64,000 nt of DNA from Nitrospirota bacterium (GTDB lineage Bacteria; Nitrospirota; Nitrospiria; Nitrospirales; Nitrospiraceae). Made by a program: the position numbers and the translations under genes. The notes below the pieces were generated by a model that searched no databases, had not been told where the DNA came from, and saw nothing but the letters and a program-made list of their open reading frames with translations. The stretch is from the NCBI GenBank assembly GCA_963701855.1, contig CAVPBK010000006.1, positions 1,248,001 through 1,312,000 of the forward strand, read 5' to 3'. Below are positions 1-9,683 of the stretch, piece by piece (within the stretch, counting starts at the first letter, position 1; every line of letters starts with the position of its first letter).

Positions 1-303
1 GTCATCGTGGCATTTAGCGAACGGGGTGCGACTGCGCGCTTGCTGTCAAAACAGCGACCCGACGCGTCAATTATTTCATTGACTCCATTTGAGTCCGTAC
101 GGCAGCGGATGGCGCTGTACTGGGGTGTGATCCCTCATACAATGCGGCAGATCGCTCAAACCGATGAGCGGATCGATGAAGCGGAGCGCCGCCTGAAGAC
201 CGAGGGGCTGGCGACAACGGGGCAGCGGATCGTGATTTTATCGGGGACCAGGATTGGTCAGCCCGGGGAGACCAATTTGATGAAGCTACACACAGTCGGG
301 TGA
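1..303 (+). CDS. pyk: Pyruvate kinase, C-terminal part (gene begins before window)
   Basis: AFSERGATARLLSKQRP...LYWGVIP...GQPGETNLMKL matches the pyruvate kinase C-terminal alpha/beta domain. Confidence 0.85.
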   Translation, partial: VIVAFSERGATARLLSKQRPDASIISLTPFESVRQRMALYWGVIPHTMRQIAQTDERIDEAERRLKTEGLATTGQRIVILSGTRIGQPGETNLMKLHTVG

Positions 304-376
304 GCTGAGCAAGCTGAGCGGGCTCTGTGCCCGCACAGAGCCTGGAGGAGTGCAGATTGGGAGAAAATAGTACACG

Positions 377-937
377 ATGATGCCTAACGGTATGGGGCGG
401 CTAGTGTTTATTCTGTGTCAGTTGCTTGTTCTGGTGTTGTCGGCCGGAGATGGACTCGCGCAGACCGGATCCCTCAAGCACTCACCGGCGGATGTGGTAA
501 AACGATATCTGGCGCTCGATTATAAGGGGGCGCGGCTCGATGCCATGTCGGCCGAAACGGTCGCGTCCTACACGAGTTGGAGTGAGGAGCCGGCGTGGGG
601 GCATGTCGTCGTGACGCGAGGTTTTGTCGTGGCTGAGCAGTACCGCCAATGGGAGGTGATCGATAGGCTGGAAGTCGTGATTCCAGTCACCTTTCAGGTC
701 ATAGGCTCGGTGTATCTGGAAACCGCCGGGTTCATCCAGGAGACTGAAACAGAAGAGGTTCGATTTCGCGTGAAAGCCGTTAAGAATCGATGGAAGATTG
801 TCGAGCCGATGCTTCCCCCTCATGTGGGGCAAAAGCGGATGGCGAATTTTGTGCGCGAAGCCCGGGGGAAGGAAACCGACCCGGCAAAGCAAGACCGTCT
901 GGGGGTATTACAAGAAGAGTTGCGAAAGGCAAAGTGA
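377..937 (+). CDS. Hypothetical exported protein
   Basis: 186 aa ORF with signal-peptide-like N-terminus; stop overlaps the next start (TGATG). Confidence 0.7.
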   Translation: MMPNGMGRLVFILCQLLVLVLSAGDGLAQTGSLKHSPADVVKRYLALDYKGARLDAMSAETVASYTSWSEEPAWGHVVVTRGFVVAEQYRQWEVIDRLEVVIPVTFQVIGSVYLETAGFIQETETEEVRFRVKAVKNRWKIVEPMLPPHVGQKRMANFVREARGKETDPAKQDRLGVLQEELRKAK

Positions 938-1586
938 TGATGGGGAAGACCTCGGTCGAGCTGTTGATCTTCGATTTGGATGGAACGCTCATCGAGTCCA
1001 AATGGGACATTGCCGCGTCGGTGAATTTCACGTTGGCCGAGCTGGGACTGCCGCAGCGGCCTACCGAGGAAATCTTTGGGTTTGTAGGGGATGGGGTGAA
1101 ACAACTGTTGCGCTTGTCGATCGGTGAGGGTAGCCGAGTCACCTTCGACGAGGCGTTGCGGGTGTTCAGAGGCCAGTACTTAGCCCATTGCCTCGATCGC
1201 ACGACATTCTATCCCGGTATTGATGAGATGCTCACGCATTTCGCAGGCAAGCGGAAGGCGGTCGCCACCAACAAGTCAATCGAGTACACCAACGTGATTC
1301 TCCAGGGACTGGGGGGAATCATTTTCAGTTCGTCGTCGGAGGCGATCGCGGGTTTGGATTGAAGCCGGAGCCGGGCATGCTGTTGCATGTGATGGAACAA
1401 TTGAACGTGCCGAAAGAACAGACCGTGCTCGTCGGGGACAGCACCAACGACATCAACGGCGGGCATAATGCCGGGATTCGTGTCTGTGCGGTCGGGTACG
1501 GCATGGGGAATCGCAGCAAAATGGAAGCCTGCAAGCCGGATTGGTTCATCGAACGACCGGAACAACTCATGGAGCTATTCGTATGA
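937..1586 (+). pseudogene. gph: HAD-family phosphoglycolate phosphatase-like protein, frameshifted at the G6 run 1311-1316
   Basis: Motif I LIFDLDGTL and ATNK in one frame; KPEP and VGDS..D in another; adding one G restores LGGNHFQFVVGGDRGFGLKPEP. Confidence 0.8.
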
Positions 1587-3193
1587 AAAATAGGTTGAGG
1601 TTGAGTAAAGACAGTAAAAAAAATGGTCGGTGCTTTCTGATTCTCTGTGTAATCCTTGGCCTGAACCTTAGCCTTGGCATCGACCTGCCCCATGCCGCCT
1701 CGTTCGGGCTGGCGGATCGTGTGGTGGAACAGAAACTGGCAAATGGGTTGACCGTGCTCATGGTCGAACGGCATCAGACGCCGGTGGTTTCTCTCAACAT
1801 GACCTTTGGGGTCGGGGGAGTCAACGAACAGGTGGGGCAAACCGGTCTGGCGCATCTCTATGAACATATGGCCTTCAAGGGCACAAGGACGGTCGGGACG
1901 AAGAATTACGAAAAAGAACGCCCTATTCTCGAAGAGTGGTTTCGCGTGGGGACCGAGCTGGAGCAGCGGCAACGGGAACTTGCACGGAAGAGTCAAGAGA
2001 GGCCCGCCAGTTCCGAAGATCGGGCAACCATCGAGGGGTTGCAGAAACGATTTACCGAACTACAAGATCAGGCGGGACAGTTTGTCGCGGGCAATGAGAT
2101 GGCCCTCCTCTACCAACGCCACGGGGGGGTCGGGCTCAATGCGGCGACCGGCAAGGATCTGACTCGCTATATGATCAACCTCCCGGCGAACCGTCTGCCT
2201 TTGTGGGCTGCGCTCGAAGCCGATCGCATGGCGCACCCGGTCCTCCGCGAGTTCTACAAAGAACGCGGAGTGGTCATGGAGGAGCGGCGGTTGCGGAATG
2301 ACGACAGCCCCAATGGACTGTTGTACGAAACCTTCACCTCAGCCGCCTTCCGCGCACATCCCTATGGCATTCCGACCATCGGTTGGGAGTCGGACATTCT
2401 GTCGCTCACTCCGGCCGACACCGAAGCCTTCTTCAAAACCTACTACGGTCCCGGCAATGCGACGATCGCCATCGTGGGCGATATTAACCCGAAGGACGTC
2501 ATGACGCTGATCGAGCAGACGTTCGGCACAATACCGGCCTCGCCTTTGCAGCCCTCGATCGTCACCGTTGAGCCGCCTCAACGAGGGGAGCGCCGCGTGG
2601 AGGTGGAGTTCGATGCCGAACCGTCGCTGATCATCGGATTTCACAAGCCGGCGTTGGGCCATCACGACGATTATGTCTTCGACGTGATCGATGCGGTGCT
2701 GAGCGACGGGCTCACGTCCCGGCTCTATGCGAAGCTGGTCCGTGAAAAACGGATCGCCGCCTCGGTCAACTCCGATTCGAATCATCCGGGGGTCCGCTCC
2801 CCGAATCTATTCGTACTCAATGCCACGCCACTTGCGCCCCATACGACGGCAGAAGTCGAAGCCGCCATCTATGCCGAGATCGAACGGCTCAAGACAGAGC
2901 CGGTTTCTGCCAAAGAGCTTGAGAAAGTGCTGAATAATCTCGATGCCGACTTGGTCCGGGCGCTCCGATCCAACGGAGGCCTTGCTTCTCAATTGGCGCT
3001 CTTTCAGACGGTGGCGGGAGACTGGCGCTACGCGATAAAGTCCCGGGATAAGATTGCCGCCGTCACGCCTGCTGATATCCAACGTGTGGCCACTGCGTAT
3101 TTCACGAAATCGAACCGAACGGTGGCGACGTTGGTGAAGAAGGCCGGAGAAAAAAATGTTGCGGCTTCGCCGCAACACGAGGTGGCGCGATGA
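1583..3193 (+). CDS. M16 (pitrilysin-family) zinc peptidase, catalytic subunit
   Basis: Inverted zinc motif HLYEH, plus NAAT and ERGVVMEERR motifs; signal peptide. Confidence 0.9.
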   Translation: MKNRLRLSKDSKKNGRCFLILCVILGLNLSLGIDLPHAASFGLADRVVEQKLANGLTVLMVERHQTPVVSLNMTFGVGGVNEQVGQTGLAHLYEHMAFKGTRTVGTKNYEKERPILEEWFRVGTELEQRQRELARKSQERPASSEDRATIEGLQKRFTELQDQAGQFVAGNEMALLYQRHGGVGLNAATGKDLTRYMINLPANRLPLWAALEADRMAHPVLREFYKERGVVMEERRLRNDDSPNGLLYETFTSAAFRAHPYGIPTIGWESDILSLTPADTEAFFKTYYGPGNATIAIVGDINPKDVMTLIEQTFGTIPASPLQPSIVTVEPPQRGERRVEVEFDAEPSLIIGFHKPALGHHDDYVFDVIDAVLSDGLTSRLYAKLVREKRIAASVNSDSNHPGVRSPNLFVLNATPLAPHTTAEVEAAIYAEIERLKTEPVSAKELEKVLNNLDADLVRALRSNGGLASQLALFQTVAGDWRYAIKSRDKIAAVTPADIQRVATAYFTKSNRTVATLVKKAGEKNVAASPQHEVAR

Positions 3194-4662
3194 TGAACGT
3201 GAAGCGTGAAATGCGAAATGTGAAGCGATGGAGTGTCGTGTTGTGCTCGACGATCGTGGCCGTTGCCATCCCGGTGCTGACAGCCTGTGCTGGAGACCTT
3301 GCGCTGGGCGATCCCAGACAGATGACGTTTAAGACGGTAGAGTTTACTCCGCCTGAGCCGGATCGCGTGGTGTTCGAGAACGGGATGGTCGTTTATCTCC
3401 TGGAGGACCATGAGTTGCCCTTGGTCAGCATGACGGCGACCATGCGAACGGGAAGCTGGCTTGATCCAGCCGATAAGATCGGTCTGGCTTCGTTGACCGG
3501 TTCCGTCATGCGGACCGGCGGGGGCGGCAGTTTGTCGGCCGAGCAAGTGGATGAGGAACTCGAACAGTTCGCCGGAGATGTCGGTATCTCGATCGGACGG
3601 CAATCCGGTTCTGCATCGCTCGATGTGCTCAGCAAGGACTTGAAGCGAGGGCTCCAGATTTTCGCGGGACTCATTCGGACTCCCGCCTTTGAGCCTGCGC
3701 GGGTTGAATTAGCTAAGTTGCAGGCCATCGAAGGGATTCGCCGTAGGCAAGATAACCCCGGCGCGATCGTTGGACGTGAGTTCGTCAAGCTCCTGTATGG
3801 AGAGGATCACCCGACAGCGCGCGAAAGCAGCATCGGGTCCATCACCCGCATCACCAGAGACGACCTGCTCGGCTTTCACCGGAAGACCATTCATCCGAAC
3901 GGCATGATGCTGGGAGTAACGGGCGACTTCGACAAATCCGCAATGCTGGCCCTCCTGCGCGACGTATTCGGCGATTGGAAAAAAGGCGAGGTGCCGGTGT
4001 TGACGATTGCCGACGTACCTCAGAGCGCAACGGCGAAGCCCGTTGTCCGGTTCGTGAACAAGGAGACCTCTCAGACGCATCTCCGCCTCGGTCATTTGTC
4101 TATTAAAGAGCAGGATCCCGACTATGTGGCCTTGGCGATCGCGAACGACATTCTGGGGGGCAGTTCCTTTCGCAGCCGTCTCTTCAACGACGTGCGGACC
4201 AAGCGGGGCTTGGCCTACTCGGTCGGCAGCCGCTTGAACTCCGGGGTGCACGATCAAGGCGTCTGGCTGATGCGTGCGGAGACAAAGTTGCCATCGACGC
4301 AAGAGGTCGTCGCTCGATTTATCGCGAACATGGAACGAATGCGGACAGAGTTGGTGACGGACAGCGAGCTGGCAGAAGCGAAAGAGGCCTATGTAAACTC
4401 GTTTGTGTTTTCCTTCGCCAGTTCGTCGGCGATCGTGGGGCGGTTGATCGGACTGGAATACGACGGGCTTCCCAAGGATTTTCTCCAGCAATTGCGTGCC
4501 CGCGTGATCGCGTTGACGAAAGAGGAAATCCTGGCGGCATCGAAGAAACATTTCAACCCAGAACGTCTGACCATTGTCGCTGTTGGGTCCGGCGAGGCTT
4601 TGCCGAAGTCGCTGTCGGGATTTGGGGAAGTGAAAGAAATAAAGTTAGCTCCAGAGAGCTGA
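3190..4662 (+). CDS. M16 peptidase family protein, non-catalytic partner
   Basis: SRLFNDVRTKRGLAY motif; no HxxEH; translationally coupled to the upstream M16 gene. Confidence 0.85.
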   Translation: MMNVKREMRNVKRWSVVLCSTIVAVAIPVLTACAGDLALGDPRQMTFKTVEFTPPEPDRVVFENGMVVYLLEDHELPLVSMTATMRTGSWLDPADKIGLASLTGSVMRTGGGGSLSAEQVDEELEQFAGDVGISIGRQSGSASLDVLSKDLKRGLQIFAGLIRTPAFEPARVELAKLQAIEGIRRRQDNPGAIVGREFVKLLYGEDHPTARESSIGSITRITRDDLLGFHRKTIHPNGMMLGVTGDFDKSAMLALLRDVFGDWKKGEVPVLTIADVPQSATAKPVVRFVNKETSQTHLRLGHLSIKEQDPDYVALAIANDILGGSSFRSRLFNDVRTKRGLAYSVGSRLNSGVHDQGVWLMRAETKLPSTQEVVARFIANMERMRTELVTDSELAEAKEAYVNSFVFSFASSSAIVGRLIGLEYDGLPKDFLQQLRARVIALTKEEILAASKKHFNPERLTIVAVGSGEALPKSLSGFGEVKEIKLAPES

Positions 4663-4670
4663 GAGAGGAG

Positions 4671-4772
4671 TGGGCGGGAGGCTCAGGCCATCCCCCCTGC
4701 TCCCGGAGCGCGCACGATCAGAATGTGCTCGCTCAACGGCCGCAATAGGGGATAGCCTGAGCCTCCCGCCCA
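4671..4772. repeat. Inverted-repeat intergenic element (MITE/REP-like)
   Basis: Arms TGGGCGGGAGGCTCAGGC(C)ATCCCC / GGGGATAGCCTGAGCCTCCCGCCCA; interior CGCGCACG..GTGCTCG resembles the core of the repeats at 21.8, 25.8 and 27.8 kb. Confidence 0.75.
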
Positions 4773-4834
4773 GAAAAGTAGTGAGTAAAAGTAAAAGTTA
4801 GGGAGGCGGCTCCACACTTCGGGAAAGTCATACT

Positions 4835-5659
4835 ATGCCACTCAGTTTCGCGACTGTATCTGGGGTGAACCTTCTTCTTGCCTATCTTGATTTGATCGGA
4901 ACAAAGTACTTCTATGAAAACAGTGAACTAGACGAACAAATAGAAAGGATTTCGCAGATTGTTGGTGCAGTACATGCGGAAATTGATAATACCTTTGATG
5001 AAGACAAAACAAATCTATTCGTCCACATGTATGCGGACTCCCTCGTGATTGCCGAGAAGAATCCGATTGAACGTTGCGCGCAGAAGCTTGTTGATCTGAT
5101 GTTGAAGGTCCAGCGTCAAGTTCTTGTGGATAGCCAATCTAATAAGATCAAGGCGAAGGATTCTGGAAAGAGTAAATTAATGCCAACTTTAAGCCGAGCC
5201 CTGGTAAAAAGAGGTCCTTATTACGGAATGATTCGCAGTGAGATGGAGCAATCGATCGACAACATTTTTTCCAACTTTAGTTTGGTCGGCGGCTCAGCGA
5301 TCGTTAAGATGAACGACGCTCTCGAAGGTTTACCTATGGGGACGTACATTGACGCGTCGCTTGTCAGGGAAGCAGAGATTGCACAGGAAAGACTGATCGA
5401 CATAACTGGTGAGAGCGGATCAAAGTTTGTTAAGCCTAGAGATGGTTTCGATTTCTTGCGCAGTACCCTTTCTCCTATACAGAACGGCTCTGCGGACATT
5501 AAGGTTTGGGTTGAGCAATTGATTGAGTCCTCAGGCAATGACCAACACTTTAGAACTAAAATCACTCCATGGGTAGATGCAGTAAGAGGAGCTTGTCAAT
5601 CGATATGTCGGACACATGGCTACTGTCACCCTACACAGCAACCTCTACCGGGATATTGA
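4835..5659 (+). CDS. Hypothetical protein with class III nucleotidyl cyclase-like motifs
   Basis: LAYLDLIG, MYADSLVI, LSRALVKRG and GGSAIVK motifs in cyclase-like order; AT-richer than its neighbours. Confidence 0.55.
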   Translation: MPLSFATVSGVNLLLAYLDLIGTKYFYENSELDEQIERISQIVGAVHAEIDNTFDEDKTNLFVHMYADSLVIAEKNPIERCAQKLVDLMLKVQRQVLVDSQSNKIKAKDSGKSKLMPTLSRALVKRGPYYGMIRSEMEQSIDNIFSNFSLVGGSAIVKMNDALEGLPMGTYIDASLVREAEIAQERLIDITGESGSKFVKPRDGFDFLRSTLSPIQNGSADIKVWVEQLIESSGNDQHFRTKITPWVDAVRGACQSICRTHGYCHPTQQPLPGY

Positions 5660-5699
5660 GATGGTTGTAAGTGCGACGAGTCTATGAAAGGAGACGGTC

Positions 5700-5993
5700 A
5701 TGGTGACCTATCTGATGCTCCTCAATTGGACGGATCAGGGAATCAAGAATGTGAAGGATTCGCCGAAGCGGCTGGATGGGGTGAAGAAGCTCGCGAAGGA
5801 CTTGGGTGGCGAGGTCAAATCCTTCTATATGACATTGGGGGAGTATGATCTGGTACTCGTCGTTGATATGCCGAACAACGACAAGCTTGCGAGTTTCGGC
5901 CTCAAGTTGGGATCGCTCGGCAATGTGCGGTCCACGACTCTCAGGGCCTATTCCGAGGATGACTATCGCCGCATCATTAGCGGCCTGAGTTAA
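5700..5993 (+). CDS. GYD domain-containing protein
   Basis: WTDQGIKNVKDSPKR...TLGEYD...GNVRSTTLRA. Confidence 0.9.
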   Translation: MVTYLMLLNWTDQGIKNVKDSPKRLDGVKKLAKDLGGEVKSFYMTLGEYDLVLVVDMPNNDKLASFGLKLGSLGNVRSTTLRAYSEDDYRRIISGLS

Positions 5994-6035
5994 GATGGAT
6001 GGGCGGGCGGCACAATCATATCCTGAAGGGTTTCT

Positions 6036-6878
6036 ATGCCCTTAGAAGACGATTTTTGCGACATTATCAAGAAGGCCCGCATCGGACAGGCATGGTCTGT
6101 GGAGGATGTGGCGCGTGTTACCGGCCTTCCGGGGGCCGATATCACTGCACTCGAACGGGGCGATCAGCCGCGCGATCGGGCGGAAATGCGCGCACTCGCC
6201 ACCACGCTAGGGCTCCGTCTCGGCCCGTTGGAACAGATCGTCCGAGAGAAGTGGATTCCTCAACCGATTCCGTCAATCCCGGGGATCGAAACTATACAGG
6301 GCGACATCAATGGCTATGCGGTCAACGGCTATATTGTGCACGATTCCGGTGAGGCGCTTCTCGTCGATACGGCATACAACGCTCCGGCCATGATCGCCTG
6401 GCTCGAATCCCATCGACTCCGGCTGACCGGCATCTGTCTGACACATGGGCATGCGGATCATGCCGAGGGCATTCAAGCGCTCTTGGCACGATGGCAAGTT
6501 CCGGTTTATCTGGGGGCTGACGATGTCAGTCTTCTGCATTGGAAGCCTTCGGAGGATCGTCTTACTGCCCCGAACGACGGACGTACGATCTCGGTCGGGC
6601 GCTTGCGTGTGCAGTGCCTGGCCACGCCGGGCCATACTCCTGGCGGGATCTGCTATCGTGTGGATGCCGAGTCACAACGCGTCTGCTTCGTCGGCGATAC
6701 GTTGTTTGCAGGGTCCATTGGCCGCTCGAATCCCAGTACGTTGTATCAGACCCACCTGCGGTCGGTCCGGACTCACGTACTTGGGTTGCCGCCTGAATAT
6801 CGGTTGTTGCCTGGTCACGGACCGGCCACAACGGTTCGCGAAGAGTTGGACCATAATCCCTTCGCCGCAGATCATTGA
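6036..6878 (+). CDS. MBL-fold hydrolase with N-terminal HTH (XRE-like) domain
   Basis: THGHADH, TPGHTPG, GDTLF and PGHG motifs; N-terminal KKAR..WSVEDVA..G...I..LERG. Confidence 0.85.
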   Translation: MPLEDDFCDIIKKARIGQAWSVEDVARVTGLPGADITALERGDQPRDRAEMRALATTLGLRLGPLEQIVREKWIPQPIPSIPGIETIQGDINGYAVNGYIVHDSGEALLVDTAYNAPAMIAWLESHRLRLTGICLTHGHADHAEGIQALLARWQVPVYLGADDVSLLHWKPSEDRLTAPNDGRTISVGRLRVQCLATPGHTPGGICYRVDAESQRVCFVGDTLFAGSIGRSNPSTLYQTHLRSVRTHVLGLPPEYRLLPGHGPATTVREELDHNPFAADH

Positions 6879-6888
6879 AGAAAGCATC

Positions 6889-7863
6889 ATGAATCTCGAC
6901 CAGCGGAGCGATGACCAACCGATCCGCAGCGGAGAGCTGCCGGTTGTGATGGGGCCATCCGAGGATCACAGTCATCTTTCCCCGGACGATGAATTCAAGG
7001 AGACCCCCTTTTCGAAATGGATCCTGCCAGTCAGCCTTTTTCTGGCGACGATCTTTACCACCCTGTGGGCAGGGGCCTATCAGGCTTACAACGGGCCGAT
7101 CCGTGGACCGGTGAATCTTCTGCTTGAACAGCCTGAAGTGCTTTTGCAGGGGATTCCCTTTGCCGCAACGCTGCTGTTCATTCTAGTGACCCATGAATGC
7201 GGACACTATGTGCTCTCCCGCATTCATGGCGTACCGGCGTCGCTGCCGTTGTTCATCCCGGGCCCTCCGTACTTTGTCGGAACATTCGGGGCGATCATCC
7301 GGTTACGTGGGCCGATCATGAATCGGCGCGCGCTGTTCGACATCGGCGTGGCCGGTCCGCTTGCCGGCTTCATCGCCGCGGTGGTGGCGCTGATCATCGG
7401 TCTGAACCTGTCAACGGTCGTGGATCGGGCGGCGACCCGTGGATTGCAGTTGGGCGAACCATTGCTCTTGCAGTTCATCGCCTGGCTGGTCGTCGGATCC
7501 ATCCCTCCTGAGGCTGACATTGTCTTGCACCCTATCGGGTTCGCCGCCTGGTTCGGCCTGTTTGTGACGTCGTTGAATCTGATTCCCATCGGCCAACTCG
7601 ACGGCGGACATGTGGCGTACGCCCTGTGGGGTAAACGTCAACGTACGTTGGCGTTTATCATGGTGCCGATCCTCATCGTACTGGGATACGTGGGCTGGCC
7701 CGGCTGGTGGCTCTGGGCCTTCATGGCAGGACTCTGGGGCTTTGGACATCCACCGGTACACGACATCCACGTCCCGTTGGGCCAAGAGCGGATTGTTGTC
7801 GGATGGATTGCATTTGCCGTGTTTGTGCTGACCTTTGCTCCTGTTCCGTTCTCCTTCCACTAG
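6889..7863 (+). CDS. Site-2 protease (M50 family) intramembrane metalloprotease
   Basis: HECGH and NLIPIGQLDGGH motifs; multiple TM segments. Confidence 0.9.
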   Translation: MNLDQRSDDQPIRSGELPVVMGPSEDHSHLSPDDEFKETPFSKWILPVSLFLATIFTTLWAGAYQAYNGPIRGPVNLLLEQPEVLLQGIPFAATLLFILVTHECGHYVLSRIHGVPASLPLFIPGPPYFVGTFGAIIRLRGPIMNRRALFDIGVAGPLAGFIAAVVALIIGLNLSTVVDRAATRGLQLGEPLLLQFIAWLVVGSIPPEADIVLHPIGFAAWFGLFVTSLNLIPIGQLDGGHVAYALWGKRQRTLAFIMVPILIVLGYVGWPGWWLWAFMAGLWGFGHPPVHDIHVPLGQERIVVGWIAFAVFVLTFAPVPFSFH

Positions 7864-7872
7864 CTGCTCTAG

Positions 7873-7998
7873 CAGGATGCTGAAAAAGCCCGTCAGCGGC
7901 GTTCTCCCCTCGAAAGCATCCTCAACGTAGCCCAGAGGCTACGCCTCCGGTGCTTTCTTCGGCTGCGGCCTTGCTGGACGGTCTTTTTGAGCATCCTG
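7873..7998. repeat. MITE-like element, family A
   Basis: Termini CAGGATGCTGAAAAAG ... CTTTTTGAGCATCCTG, preceded by CTAG; related copies at 27753, 29587 and 61718. Confidence 0.8.
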
Positions 7999-8166
7999 TT
8001 CGCGGTATTCCTCTTGTCCAAGATGTGCCGACCATCGAATTACTGTTTCAGCCAGGTTAGTTTTTCCACAGCCTACTGGCTCTCCTGCGAACGAGCCATA
8101 GTCAGCGGGCTGGATCAATCCTGAGATTTTCTTGTCCGATTGCGCGCTCGGCACTACAGTGTGCCT

Positions 8167-8901
8167 ATGGAGTCAGCCGCGACCACGACCTTGCCGTGTC
8201 CCAAGTGCCAGGCCAACCAGCCTGACGGAGCGACAGAGTGCGTGAAATGTGGGATCATCTTTGCAAAGTATCGGCCGCATGTCTCGCAGCAGCAGCATGT
8301 GGTGCAGGATCGTCCTCGCTGGGTCGTCTTTGCTAAGGAATGGCTCGTTGACGTAGATACATCGATGGACTCGTTGACGTTCGCCGGCCGGGTCGCAGTG
8401 TTTCTGTTGCTGCTCTGGTGGGGCCGAGCGTTCATTTTTACGCCGCTCGAAACCAACTACACAGGAGAATCGTTCCTCCATCTGATCAATCTGCCGTTCC
8501 ACGAAGCCGGCCATCTTCTATTTATCCCGTTGGGGCGTTTCATGACGATTTTAGGCGGGAGTCTCGGTCAGATCCTGATGCCGCTCGTCTGCTTGGCGAC
8601 CTTTCTTATCAAGACACGCGACCCCTTCGGCGCCTCAGTGGCCCTTTGGTGGACAGCAGAAAGCTTGATGGACATCGCTCCCTATATCAATGATGCGCGG
8701 GAGATGGATCTCATGCTGCTTGGCGGGGTCACCGGGAAGGAAACGGACGGGCATGATTGGAACAACATTCTGACCATGTTGGGCTGGCTGGAGTATGACC
8801 ATCGCTTGGCCCATCTCGCCTATAACCTCGGCATCCTCCTGATGCTGGCCTCGTTCGCTTGGGGCGGGCTGCTTCTTCTGAAGCATTACCGCCGGCTTTA
8901 G
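8167..8901 (+). CDS. Zinc-ribbon plus membrane protein with HExGH motif (M50B-like)
   Basis: CPKC..CVKC, HEAGH and HDW motifs; TM helices. Confidence 0.75.
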   Translation: MESAATTTLPCPKCQANQPDGATECVKCGIIFAKYRPHVSQQQHVVQDRPRWVVFAKEWLVDVDTSMDSLTFAGRVAVFLLLLWWGRAFIFTPLETNYTGESFLHLINLPFHEAGHLLFIPLGRFMTILGGSLGQILMPLVCLATFLIKTRDPFGASVALWWTAESLMDIAPYINDAREMDLMLLGGVTGKETDGHDWNNILTMLGWLEYDHRLAHLAYNLGILLMLASFAWGGLLLLKHYRRL

Positions 8902-9058
8902 CCTGAAGGTCACGAAGAGAAAGAGAAACCCCGCACCTCCGCCGTGAATTCGAACCGCACCTCCACGACACCTTCCTGAGTGTAGAAAATCATACTGCAC
9001 AGCCTTGCTTCCCAGGATTGCAATCCCCGTGTTCTTCAATGAGCTTCTGCAGTGAATT

Positions 9059-9107
9059 TTTATATCGTCTTAACACTCTCTCGGTCCGGTTTAACACCGT
9101 TCTGACA
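9059..9107 (+). promoter_or_regulatory. Putative KdpE-binding direct repeats (two pairs)
   Basis: TTTATA-N5-TTAACA (9059-9075) and TTAACA-N5-CTGACA (9091-9107) resemble the E. coli KdpE site TTTATA-N5-TTTACA; upstream of kdp. Confidence 0.6.
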
Positions 9108-9163
9108 CGGAGCTTGATAAGGTTCTTGACATGACAGGGGACGCATCACGAGGAGCGACGGCG

Positions 9164-9433
9164 ATGATTACGAATATCTATCCCACCAAAAGCCAATCGT
9201 CTCATGTTCGTGTTGGCCAGCGCCATTTGGCCGGCGATCAGTACAGGCGAGATATGCGTGCGGCGTTGCATGAGTTACAACAGAGGCTGGGACAGGGTCA
9301 CAACGGCCCCAGCGTCGTGCAGCCTGTCGTCAAAGCTGGTCCGGCAGAGTCAAAAGAGAGTCGAACGAGAAGAAAATTGCTTCCGAGTCTCCGCGGTATT
9401 TACACCCTTTTTACTTCTTGCGGCCTATTATGA
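9164..9433 (+). CDS. Small hypothetical protein upstream of kdp operon
   Basis: GAGGAG RBS before ATG 9164; lies between the KdpE-like boxes. Confidence 0.4.
   Translation: MITNIYPTKSQSSHVRVGQRHLAGDQYRRDMRAALHELQQRLGQGHNGPSVVQPVVKAGPAESKESRTRRKLLPSLRGIYTLFTSCGLL
9399..9415 (+). promoter_or_regulatory. Further putative KdpE box
   Basis: TTTACA-ccctt-TTTACT about 85 bp upstream of the small kdp ORFs. Confidence 0.55.
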
Positions 9434-9499
9434 ATGCGGACAAGTAGAGCAGGACATAGAGACAACATTTCCTTTGCCGTCGATTGAGGGGGTATGCAC

Positions 9500-9580
9500 A
9501 TGGATCTCGTCTATCTGGCCATCGTAGCGATATTTTTTCTGCTGTCCGGCTGGCTCATCTCGGCGCTGGAGCGACTGTAA
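9500..9580 (+). CDS. 26-aa membrane peptide preceding kdpF (kdp accessory small protein)
   Basis: MDLVYLAIVAIFFLLSGWLISALERL with GAGGGGG RBS; too short for the ORF track. Confidence 0.7.
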   Translation: MDLVYLAIVAIFFLLSGWLISALERL

Positions 9581-9593
9581 GGAGGGCATGGCC

Positions 9594-9683
9594 ATGAATG
9601 TGATGTACGTGCTCGGTGGAATTCTGTCATTGGGATTATTGGTCTATCTCATGATCGCGTTACTGAAACCGGAGTGGTTCTGA
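9594..9683 (+). CDS. kdpF: K+-transporting ATPase subunit F
   Basis: MNVMYVLGGILSLGLLVYLMIALLKPEWF with the YLxxALxxPExF signature; stop overlaps kdpA start. Confidence 0.9.
   Translation: MNVMYVLGGILSLGLLVYLMIALLKPEWF

Noticed and set aside
4835..6878. Cyclase-like gene plus downstream MBL hydrolase as a Pycsar/anti-Pycsar-like unit
   Set aside because: The GYD and MBL genes have host-like composition and look like ordinary core genes; adjacency alone is insufficient
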